From the human T2T-CHM13v2.0 reference genome, Homo sapiens: a stretch of DNA of 64,000 bases. Both the position numbers and the translations under genes were made by a program. Shown piece by piece: positions 31,606 to 43,913 of the stretch; position 1 is the stretch's first letter, and the number at the start of each line of letters is the position of its first letter. The stretch is from assembly GCF_009914755.1 (NCBI RefSeq), contig NC_060947.1. One strand, 5' to 3'. The notes beneath the pieces are model-generated. The model was not told the DNA's origin and did not search any database. It saw only the letters and a list, made by a program, of their open reading frames with translations.

Positions 31606-32338
31606 AGAATCAAATGGATTGTTGTGGGGCTTATCTCTTACTTATCCTTCAAGATCTAGTGCAGTTTCCCTCCCCCGACTCCTACATACATCATATATTC
31701 TAGGCATAATCACTTATTCCTGTATTTGAGCATTAACCATACCTTGGATATACCTCATTTGTGGCAAACAGTCCACTTACTTATGATCACAAGATGCGCT
31801 TCCTTGTCTGTAAAATGAGGATAATCATATCTAACTCACAGAGCTACTGGAAGGATTAAATGAGATAATGTCTGTACAATCCCTAGCCCAGTGCTCAGCA
31901 TGCAGTCAGTGCTTTAAAAATGGAAACCATTATTATCATCACATTGTATTGCAATTAAGTGTTTACCTGGCTACTTGACTGTGGGCTTTTGAGAGGAGGG
32001 ATCATGTTTTGGTCATCTTTGTGTCCCTAGGATATATACAGCACAGTGCCCAGTGCACAATAAGCATTCCACTAAAACAATGAATGGATGGATAAATGAA
32101 TGAATTAATGAATAAAATGAATTTTCATTGAAAAATTACACTGCCACCAGCGCTGTTTGAAAATGTCAGTTTTGTGCAACCTTACCAGCATGAGTATTTA
32201 TGCTTGATTTCTACAAAGCAAATTTATTTTTTAGCATACCCAAGGCTATCTCTCCCCACTAATGTGAAAAATAAATAATACTTGGGGAAAATTTTCAAAT
32301 TTTTATTATGCTGAAAAGATTGAGAATACAGTCTATAG

Positions 32339-32515
32339 CTGCAGTAGCCACTAACCACAATGGCTATTTGAACTTAAATTTTATTTTTGATAAAAATAAA
32401 ATAAAATTTAACGTTTATTTCCTCAGTCTCACTAGCACATGTGAAGTGCTAGTCACATATGCCTAATTATGGCTACCATACTGGACAGCGCAAAATGTTG
32501 TATTAGATAATGCTG
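32339..32515. mobile_element. hAT MITE MER3/MER33-like, partial
   Basis: GTAGCCACTAACCAC...TGGCTACCATACTGGACAGCGC; flanks GTCTATAG/GTCTATAA. Confidence 0.7.
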
Positions 32516-32787
32516 GTCTATAATCCAAAAATAATTTTCTGCTTGGTTTTGGAAAGCATTTCCTAATAAATTTGCAGTAAAGTTTATTTGAAAAGTTGCA
32601 TTTGATTTAGACTGATTTTAAAAACAATTAATATCCCCTGAGCATCTACCAGCTGTGGAGTGGGAGAATATAATCATGGAGCTTGAGAAGTAGTCTGAAG
32701 AAGGCTAAATGATATTAAAAATTTGCCATACAGTTCCTCAAAAACTTAAACATAGATTACTGTATGATTCAGTAACTCTGCTCCTAG

Positions 32788-33240
<453 letters not shown>

Positions 33241-33381
33241 AAAGTAACAGGAATTTTCCACCAGGAGCCAGCTTTTAGCTATAACCAAGGAGACCAGAGG
33301 ATGGGACTGAAGCTGGTGGGAATGGAGAGATCTTTGCTTGCTCTGGGTTTCTGTACCACTTGGGGAGATTGAGAACTTTCA

Positions 33382-33731
<350 letters not shown>

Positions 33732-33961
33732 CTATTGAGATGCCCTTGGTCCTGGATTTGGTCTCTGTGCAACCCAGTTACCTTAGTTCTCTTAATTTGG
33801 TTCCCCAAAGTTCTTATCCTGGCAGTTCATGACCTGGCATGCAAGTGTCCTAGAGGCTAGTTCTGGCTGTGTTTATGGTGTACTGAGTGACTTTGACAAG
33901 TCTTTTCCTCTATATTGGCCTCAGTTTCCTCATCTGCAAAAACACTGGTCTAAAAGGCCTA

Positions 33962-34009
33962 GTTTTCAAGATAAGCTGGTTTTCAGGATAAGTCAGTTTT
34001 CAGGATAAG
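33962..34009. repeat. Three 17-bp-period copies of GTTTTCARGATAAG
   Basis: Units start at 33962, 33979 and 33996. Confidence 0.85.
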
Positions 34010-34764
34010 AGCACCATTTTCTTCATGAATTCGAGAAAGCTAAACCATTTTATCTTTTTCTCCAAGTAACTATCTAAAGAAACTGAAAAGGCGGAATGGC
34101 ACATATGGCCAATCAAGACTCCTCCTCAGAAGAAGGCTTTTTATATGATTAAGCTACTTCTTTAATACTCCTACAGTGTCCTCCCCAAAGGATATGGATA
34201 AAGCCCTACAAAGTAATTCTGTCTGTCCCTTGAGACCTAAATATGCTACTTCATCAATAAGTGGGGGACTCAATTGTTCTCCCATCAGTGGCTCAGCCTG
34301 CACTGAGCAGTCCAGACTTCACTGGCCAGCCTCACATGTGACCAACATTATACTCACAGATGAAAGACACACCTCAACCTACCAATTGATGGTCAACAAG
34401 GAGAATCCTTCAGCTGAAAACTAGAACCACTGATTGGAGGGAGAAAAAATAGGGCTGGGGAAACAAGTCCTTCTACCCTGGTTAGAAAGAGAAGAGATAA
34501 CTGGGTGCTCACACTCTTCTGGTGGGAAATAAGATGGTGGCTGTCATATTGAGACTGACAGGGAACTAGCAGGACCAGAAAGCAGCTAAGATTATGGTAA
34601 AACTAGACCTGCCTCTGGGACTACAAGTAAATTATAGCAGGATCAGGAAAATATCTGCTATGGAAGCCTGTTTTGAGTGTTGCATGTATTCTCTGTAAAG
34701 CATTTCCTTGGTGTTTTCTCCTTAATTTAAATTTAAAAATATATTTTTTAAGAAAATCAGGCCA

Positions 34765-35940
<1,176 letters not shown>

Positions 35941-36279
35941 AGGTGGGGCTCTGTCCACACTAGGGCCAGACCATTAAAGAGGAAACACGCGGGGAATCCT
36001 AATGATCACAGTAGTAATGACTGAAGTGAGAGACGCTCAAGGGAAAGAACCCAAAGGGCCTGAGTCACCCCACTGGAGCAGCCCTCCTTTGCTTTCTGGC
36101 AGATCTGCTTTCCATTTGTTCTGCTTGCCTGCAACCCTGGAGAGCTCTGTGCTTTGTTTTAATAAAATCTCCCCACTCTCTTCCAGTGCCTTCCTGCCTT
36201 CTCTAACTACAAAGTTCTTTAAGAAGCCAAGGGAGGCGTTACCTTCTTGTATGCAGTCAGACTTCCACAGGTAAGCCAA

Positions 36280-36302
36280 TCTCTCTCTCTCTCTCTCTCT
36301 CT
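36280..36302. repeat. (CT)n microsatellite
   Basis: Direct reading. Confidence 0.9.
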
Positions 36303-37834
36303 GTGCAATCTCCATTTATGAACATGGGTATATTTCTTTTAAAGAAATATTCTTTGCCTTCAAATATTTTTTTCCTACTAATCAAATCATTTCAGCCTTG
36401 TCCCCAATTGAAGTTCTCTCTTCCTGCCCACCAACCCCCCTGAACATGTTCCCAGGCCTTGCCACCATGTAAACCCGTAATCTTTTATACCACTATCCAT
36501 ATTGGTTTATAAAACAGAGGTATGCAACACATTGGAAAGAAAAAATGGCACCTGTCAAATACCAAACCCTATGAAATGCCTGTGCAATTTCACTTTTCAC
36601 CTAGTAAATATCCAATTATTTTCCAGAATAGCTCTTTCCAGAATTCAAATCTGTTTCCATTAATATTAAAAGTTTAGAGGTCTGGGAGAACAGGAAGTGG
36701 CTGATTAAAAGCAGGTGGGGTTCATTATCTGGTTAATCACAATCCAGTATTTCCCACCTCCATTTGCCTCTCCCCCTCCCCCAAAACCATGTTCTGCCTC
36801 AGCAAAGGTCACACTCAAATTCTGCAAATAAAAACTTATCCTATAACATTTCAAGAGTGGAGCTGGGTTTTGGAGGGCTTGAGACCAGAATCATTATAAA
36901 AGAAATTTATTTCATACCATTTTCGCCAGGAAAGCAAATATCTTCCAAAGCATTGACTATCATTCTATCGCACAGAAAGGATGCCGATTGTGCTTCTTAG
37001 AGTCAGGCTCTGCTTGAATGTTAGTAATAGAATATTTAGAGTTGGAAGTGTCTCCTGGAGATTCCCTGCCCATTTATTAGATGGGGAAACTGAGACTGAG
37101 AGAAGAGAAGGGATTTGCTGAAATTGTACCTCCAGTTAGTGGCGGAGCTCAGACAAGGACACGTCAGTCCTAGGCATTGCTGGTGTGTGGGAAAAACGCC
37201 AAAAGGGCCTGACTGGAATGAACTGCAGTCATTTCTCTGTCTACTACATCTCCATGGGCCACATGTTCATGGCTCAGCTTTTACTTGCTCCCCTGAGAAT
37301 TGACTCAAAGGCAAAGCCAAAATGGATATTTTAATGCAAAGCACATTAGGAGGCCAGAAGGCAAAAGGAGGTACTGTCTGGGGCTGCTGGCTGCACTTGG
37401 CTGGGAAGGCTTTGCTCCAGACCTTAGGAGACTGTTCATTCGGATGTTCTAGGTGCCAGCGCCAAGGGGAAGGCAGGGCAAAGGCTGAACACTGGCTATG
37501 GCAGTGCCCACCCCTTCATGGAGTCCACATCTGACAAGCAGTGCAGGTGGAGCTATGTGACATGTCCCTTGGAGGTGAGGAGCAGCCCTCTCAGTGATCC
37601 AACGTTCCTCAGAAATTTTTAGGAGCTGAAAGCCTTCCAAAGTGGGGCAACTATGTTAAGGCTTGATGGGGGGAAAAAAAGGCACGTGTTTTGCAGCATG
37701 GTTTGGAAAAGTATTCAGACAGGACACAAGGGAACCGATCCCCCAAAAAACAGGGACCAGCCAGTGCCATCACTATACACAGGTGACCTTGGTAGTGTCT
37801 TCTCTACTCCCAAGACTACTCGAAACCATGTCTT

Positions 37835-38200
37835 AGATGTCTTGTATGTTGCTGGTGGGAGTTTCACAGCTTCTGTGGAAACCTGCCTGGTGGTTCCTCA
37901 AAAGGCTTAATATAGTGTTACCATATGACCCAGTAATTCCACTCCCAGATACACACATACTCAAGAGAATTGAAAGCAGAGACTTGAACAGATATTTGCA
38001 TACTAATGTTCACTGCACTGTTACTCGCAATAGCCGAAAGGCAGAAACAACCCAACTGGCCATCAAGAGATGACTGGATAAACAAAAAGTCTATCTATCC
38101 ATACAATGGAATGTTACCCATAAAAAGGAATGAAGTACTGATCCATGCTACAAGATGGATGAACCTTGGAAACATTTTGCTAAGTAAAAGAAGTCAGTCA
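37835..38200 (+). mobile_element. L1M (MB-like) ORF2 end/3' UTR fragment
   Basis: WWFLKRLNIVLPYDPVIPL and [22 protein letters not shown]. Confidence 0.85.
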
Positions 38201-38201
38201 T

Positions 38202-38508
<307 letters not shown>

Positions 38509-38928
38509 CTAATGGGTGTGAAGTGGTATCTCATTGTAATTAACTACCTGCCCTCTCTTAATGGGTCTTACGGTCTTGCTTTCACAGTGATTATCCTAGT
38601 GTCTATTTTTTCTTGGAACTCTGGACAGGTCTGCATATGGTTGGAAAGATGACCCTTTGTGAAACTGTGCTTGAAGAAAGCAACAGCTCCCTCTGCTGTC
38701 CCCAGCCACACTTTTGGTACAACTTTCTCATATTAATGAGTCAAGATCTCCCTACCTAGGTTCTAACCCAGTTTCTTCTCACCATACCATGACACTGCTA
38801 TAGGCTCCACTGCTGTTCTATCTCACCAATTTGAAAAAGGAAAACCTACTCATCTTGCTTCCAGTCAGCAAATGATTCCTGCATAGATAGATGTGCATTG
38901 ATTGCCGGCTAGGAGCCTTCAGCCATCC

Positions 38929-39231
38929 TGTCTTAGTTCGTTTTCTGCTCCTATAACAGACTGGGTAATTTATAAAGAAAAATAGATTTATTTGGCTTAT
39001 GGTTCTGGAGCCTGAGAAGTCCAAAGCCATGGTGCCAGCATATGCTTGGCACCTAGTGAAGACCTTCCTGCTGTGTCCTAACATGGCAGAATGGCAAGCA
39101 AGCATTCAAGACAGAGGAACAGGGTTGAAATTATCCTTCTATCAAGAGTCTATTCCTATTATAACAGCATTAATCCATTGATGAGGGCACAGCCCTTATG
39201 GCCTAATCACCTCTTAAAGGCCCTACCTCTT
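38929..39231 (-). mobile_element. MaLR solo LTR (MST/MLT1A-like), 3' portion, split by the TFDP3 retrocopy
   Basis: Begins TGTCTTAGTTCG...CTGGGTAATTTATAAAG...GGTTCTGGAG...AAGTCCAA; CATCC at 38924-38928 is repeated at 41447-41451. Confidence 0.85.
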
Positions 39232-39251
39232 TTTTTTTAAGATTGATGGTG

Positions 39252-39257
39252 TTTATT
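39252..39257 (-). terminator. Poly(A) signal of the parental mRNA that was retroposed
   Basis: AATAAA on minus, 13 nt before the poly(A) remnant. Confidence 0.75.
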
Positions 39258-39417
39258 GTTCTGAAAATAGAATTCTGCCGTTTGCTTGGGGCTCTGGACA
39301 CTGCAAAACTGAACAAATGGAAAACTCAAGAGTCTTGCTATGCATCAGTGGGGGTGCCATCCAAATCCAAGGCAAATAAACGGCATTCGGTACTCACTGT
39401 GCACAAAAGGAGAGCAT

Positions 39418-39423
39418 TTTATT
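39418..39423 (-). terminator. Candidate proximal poly(A) signal of TFDP3
   Basis: TTTATT on + = AATAAA on minus, about 350 nt after the stop codon. Confidence 0.55.
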
Positions 39424-39773
39424 TTCATGGATGTGGATGAAGTACAATTTCTTCAGTAAACTCAGGAAAAACTGTTAAGGGGCAACAATGAACTCTGCAT
39501 TTAAAGAAAAATAGAAAATGAAAACACAAAATCCTAAAAAGTAAATAAAGATTCTGTGTCAGCACACTGGTATCAAAACACACATCAACAGCACGTCTTA
39601 ATCATACGGGAAACAATCCTTGCTTATCAGAGGTGCATATCTAAATTCTATAGCTTACCAATATCTTCTTGGGAGTAGGCAAAAAAGAAACAGAAAACCT
39701 CACATTAAAAAAAAAAAAAAAGTTTCTTTTCCCTAAATGTTTTCCTGAAGCTGAATCTTAAGGCGAGAGGACG

Positions 39774-40991
39774 TCAGTCATCCTCGTCATTCTCACTGAG
39801 GTCGTCATCGTTGTTGTCCTCCTCCTCTTCCTCCTCGACTGCTGGGGTCTCCACCCTGGAGCCACTGTACTGAGATCCACCGGAGCTTGTGGCCAGCATC
39901 CCAATCGCAATGTTGGTCAGGTCACTGGCAGAAAGCCACGTGCCATTAGACCTGGAACCTGCCGTCGTGAACACACCTCCAAAAGTTCCCTGAGCCATTT
40001 CTGTCACGTACGGCTCCAGAGCCTTTGGGACCAAATTTCTGGCCATTTTAAGGTCTTCGGCAGAGCAGCTCCCGGACTCTAGCCCAAAAGTCATGCCCAT
40101 CCACATCAGCACTTCTGTGTCATCGTGGATTTCAAAGGAGCTGTTAAACTTAAACAGATATTCTGATTTGTCGTCGGAGATGCTGCAGTTGATGACGGTC
40201 TTCTTGCTACTGCTGATGATGATGAAGGGCACGTGGATGACTGAGTTGGGCAGCGGCCGCTGGCTGACCTGCTCCTCCACATACTGGTTTCTCAGCACCA
40301 GGTTCTTGAAAGCAATTTGCTGTAGAATAAGTTGTTGAAGTTCAGACTGTTTCTGCTTTATTCTTTCAAGTCTCTTCTGTCTTTCCACCCGTAAGTTCTG
40401 ACAGTTCTGAGCCGAGTTGGTGGTCAGACCAATCCACTTGATCTTCTTTTTCTCCCTGGAGATGATATTCATGGCCATCAGCACGTTTAAGGCATCGTAG
40501 GTGCGCCGTTTTATGTTTTTCACGTCATAAGCTGACTCGTTTGGTGAGGCGTGGTTGCTGGCAGCTCTGAACTTGGCGACCAGCTCGCCCACCACTTCCT
40601 GGCAGGAAGTGGTCCCTTTCCTCTGCACCGTCTCCCAGACCTTCATGGAAAGACGGCACAGGCCCATGCCATTCTTCTCTCCTTTCCTGTTGTGCTGCCC
40701 GGCCCAAGGAGGTGAGGAGTAGGAATGCTGGTTCTGAGAGGCAAAGTGAGTGCTGGGTGGGTTTGGGCTTCCTACCACAGGGATGTTTGATGCTGCTGGT
40801 CTCTGAGGCATACCAATTACCACTTGCTGGTCAATGTTGACACTGGACTGTCCAAAGGTTTTCGGCAAGAGCTGCTTCCCGAGCGGGTTCACGGTGGAGG
40901 TGTGAACGGCCACGGGGCGGCTGGTCTGGTTCTCGTCCATTAAGACCTTGAGTTCTTCGTTAGCTTCAGTGAGACTGACATATTTTGCCAT
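39774..40991 (-). CDS. TFDP3: Transcription factor Dp-3 (E2F dimerisation partner family), intronless retrogene of TFDP1
   Basis: 405-aa uninterrupted ORF. Contains a DP winged-helix/DEF-box segment ([32 protein letters not shown]), a coiled-coil/marked-box dimerisation region ([15 protein letters not shown]...FEIHDD) and an acidic tail ending ENDEDD. The N-terminus [15 protein letters not shown] matches human TFDP3 as I recall it. Confidence 0.97.
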
Positions 40992-41086
40992 GTTAACAGA
41001 TTTGGGAAATAAATGCTATAAATGTTCACCTTTCCAGAGAAGAAAAACAATTCTTCCAGGCCGAGTGTAGGGCTGCCGTGAGGTGC

Positions 41087-41282
41087 GTGGCGTAACGTGC
41101 GTGGCGTAACGTGCGTGGCGTAACGTGCGTGGCGTAACGTGCGTGGCGTAACGTGCGTGGCGTAACGTGCGTGGCGTAACGTGCGTGGCATAATGTGTGT
41201 GGCGTGTGGTACGTGGTGTGTGGTACGTGGCGTGTGGTACGTGGTGTGCAGTACGTGGCGTGTGGTACCTGGCGTAACATGC
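41087..41282. repeat. 14-bp-period compound minisatellite, 14 units
   Basis: 7 perfect GTGGCGTAACGTGC (41087-41184), 1 CpG-decayed copy (41185-41198), 5 GTGGYGTGYRGTAC units (41199-41268) and 1 degenerate first-type unit (41269-41282). Confidence 0.97.
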
Positions 41283-41365
41283 GCCACGTGAGGTGCGCAG
41301 CAGCAGGGGGGCGGTCCGTGCAGTGCGCCTGCGTGCCTTTTCACGCCTTCAGCCTTTCCTCCTCT
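41283..41365 (-). promoter_or_regulatory. Candidate CpG-rich promoter elements of TFDP3
   Basis: CACGTG 41285-41290, GGGGCGG 41308-41314, NRF1-like TGCGCCTGCG 41324-41333; function is inferred only. Confidence 0.5.
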
Positions 41366-41446
41366 GGCCCTACCTCTTAATACTGTTACAATGGTAATTA
41401 AGTTTCCAACACATGAACTTTTGGAGGACACATTTAAACCATAGCA
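41366..41446 (-). mobile_element. MaLR solo LTR, 5' portion (continuation of 38929-39231)
   Basis: CCTCTTAATACTGTTACAATGG...TTTTGGAGGACACATTTAAACCATAGCA is a typical MaLR LTR terminus; followed by TSD CATCC. Confidence 0.85.
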
Positions 41447-42499
41447 CATCCTAAAGGGACTGATGAAAATCAGACGTGTAGGCCTCTGCAGGCCCGTCTA
41501 TCATTTCTTCTCAGCCATTGTCTCACAAGAAGCTGGATCTGGGCTCTTGCAAGGATTATTTCTTCACCTGCTGGTCAAGAAGCTTATTGTGGAAGAATCC
41601 AGTTTTTGTCTCTCTACCCAAACAGCTACACTAAGCCTTCCTGAGTAGATAGAGATGGGAAAAAGGAGTTAACAATATACAGTATCATTTATTTGTTGGG
41701 CTGTGGTACAATCAATAGACTAAGTCCACAGCCTACACCTCACTTTGGAAGCTACACACATTGCCAATGAGAAAGAAATCTAAAGAGAGAACAAGACAAA
41801 GCCCAGCAGAAGCAGAGGCCTGTGGCAGTCTCTTTCTCCCACCGTTGGTCTCAACTCTGCCTTACTCACCAAAAGTCCTAATAACCATGCCACACAGGCT
41901 CTGTGTCTTCAGGCCTGCTTCTCTAGTCCACACCAACTTCCTCTAGCACCTCGACTCTGGAAATAATGCATGTGATTGCACACAAGCATACACCTCAGCC
42001 TCAGATACACAGAGGTGCTGTCTCACTCACCTCGGGCTGCCGTAACAAAACACCATAGACTGGGTGGCTGAAACAATAGACATTTATTTTCTCACAGTTC
42101 TGGAGGCTAGAAGTCCAAGATCAAGTTTCCAGCAGGGTTGGTTTCTGGTGAGGGCTCACTTCCTGGCTTTCAGATGTCTGCCTTCTCACTGTGTCCTCAC
42201 ATGGCAGCAGGGCTTGGAGAGATCTCTTTTGACAAGGACACATCCTATCCTATTTGGGACCCACCCTTATGACCTCATTTAACCTTAATTACCTCCTAAA
42301 GACCCTATCTCCAGATACAGTCAAATTGGGGGTTAGGGCATCAACATATGAGTTTTAGTGGGTAGGGGGACAAAATTCAGTCTATAGCATTTGCTAAACA
42401 GAACCAGAGCTGGACAGTAGTGAAAGAGTAGTGAAATTGGGGGTTAGGAGTTCAACATATGAATTTTATTGGGTAGGGGGACAAAATTCAGTCTATAGC

Positions 42500-43136
42500 A
42501 TTTGCCTAACAGAACCAGAGCTGGACAGTAATAAAAGAGGTAAAACAGATATTATTCAGGAACTATGGCAATGGGGCAAAAAGACCTCAGGATAGAACTG
42601 GGCTCAATTCTTTTTTAAGGCAGAGTCTCACTCTGTCACCCAGGTTAGAGTGCAGTGGCACGATCTAGGCTCACTGCAACCTCCGCAATCTCCGCCTCCT
42701 GGGTTCAAGTGATTCTCCTGCCTCAGCCTCCTGAATAGCTGGGATTACAGGCTCCCGCCACCACGCCCGGCTGTGAGCCACTGCACCTGGTCTGGGCTCA
42801 ATTCTAAATGCAGTAAATGCAAGAGGATTTATAGCCAAGGAGCAGAGCAAAGTGGTCAGTGGATGAAAAATTACTAAGAAGATACATCAAGGGTAGATGA
42901 ATTCTTGTTAAACCAACTTAACAAGATTCTTGCTAAAGGTAGGCTGGGGTGATCAGATATCAAGGGTGGGGAAGAAGAGTGTGATCAGATATTGAAGGTG
43001 ATTGGATATCAAGAGCAGGGGATTCTCACTAAAGTGACTTAAGCTAAACTCCTGCTAAAACTAGACTTAGCAAGGATGAGGTCAAAAAGAGGGCTTAGAA
43101 GAGCCTGTCTAAAGTTTAATTAAGGAGAGAGTTTTA
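42500..43136 (-). mobile_element. ERV1-type LTR (MER31/MER67-like) nested in the MaLR provirus
   Basis: Minus-strand start ACTCTCTCCTTAATTAAACTTTAGACAGGCTCTTCTAAGCCCTC resembles this family; subfamily uncertain. Confidence 0.45.
42612..42792 (-). mobile_element. Internally deleted Alu
   Basis: Right arm joined directly to the first ~20 nt of the left arm; TSD TGGGCTCAATTCT at 42599-42611 and 42793-42805. Confidence 0.85.
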
Positions 43137-43913
43137 ACCCCTCTGGTTCGCCCCAAATTTATGTTTTCTCACATGCAAAATGCATTCATTCCATTCCAAC
43201 AGTCCCCAAAGTCGTCACTCTTTCCAGCATCAACTCTTAAAGTCTGAAGTCCAAAGTCTCATCTAAATATCATGTAAATTATATATTGGTGAGACTAAGG
43301 TAAGATTCATCCAGAGACAAAATTCCTCTCTAGCTGTGAACCTATGAAACCAGACTAGTTATGTGCTTCTAAAATACAATGGTGCCAGAGGCATAGGATA
43401 GACATTCCCATTCCAAAAGAAAGAAATCAGAAGGAAGAAAGGGTAGTGAGTCCCAAGCAAGTCCAAAACCTAGCAAGGCGAATTCCATGAGATCTTAAGG
43501 CTCAATAATAATCCTCTTTGGTTAAACACTCTACCCACCACTTGGGTGGCAGTGTCACTTTCATGGCTCTGCTAGGGCCCTGCCCCTTCAGTTATCAGAG
43601 AGGGTCCAGCCCAAAGGATTGTCTATAAAGGCTGCCTTGCCCCTGAGGCACAGGGCGGGGTCACCCTGGCCCACTGAAACTGGAGAGGTGGTATCACCCT
43701 TTGAAACTGAGGTAGAAACAGCCTTGCCCCCTGGGCCTGTGGTAGAAGTGTCAGCCCTGATTATCTATAAATGCCTTCATGGTTATTCTTATTTTTCCTT
43801 GAATAACAGTGCAATTAGCAGCCAAATAGGTAAATGGTCTGCTCCTGAGAATCCAAGAACTTCAAAAGTCTTCCTTCATTCTGTGTAGCTTTCTCTGTCT
43901 CCTTTAGTTCAAA

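Larger units (their letters stand above)
39232..41365 (-). other. Full extent of the TFDP1-derived retrocopy (5' leader, CDS, 3' UTR, poly(A) remnant)
   Basis: 13-bp direct repeat GGCCCTACCTCTT at 39219-39231 and 41366-41378; T-run 39230-39238; AATAAA on minus at 39252-39257; empty site reads TCTT/AA, an L1 endonuclease-type site. Confidence 0.93.

Noticed and set aside
39707-39721. A-run as the retrocopy poly(A) tail
   Set aside because: Wrong strand (it is a U-run in the minus-strand 3' UTR) and not next to the TSD; the true remnant is at 39230-39238.
41087-41184. E2F/DP autoregulatory sites in the minisatellite
   Set aside because: TGGCGTAA/TTACGCCA does not match the E2F consensus TTTSSCGC well enough to claim.
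41087-41282. CRISPR-like array
   Set aside because: Units are head-to-tail with no unique spacers, there are no cas genes, and the context is primate genomic DNA; it is a minisatellite.
40940-41449. 169-aa minus ORF (and 84-aa ORF 41026-41280) as a separate gene or an N-terminal extension of TFDP3
   Set aside because: Its length comes from the stop-free 14-bp repeat and it starts at the LTR edge. It is out of frame with TFDP3, and an in-frame TAG at 41016-41018 blocks fusion for any repeat number.
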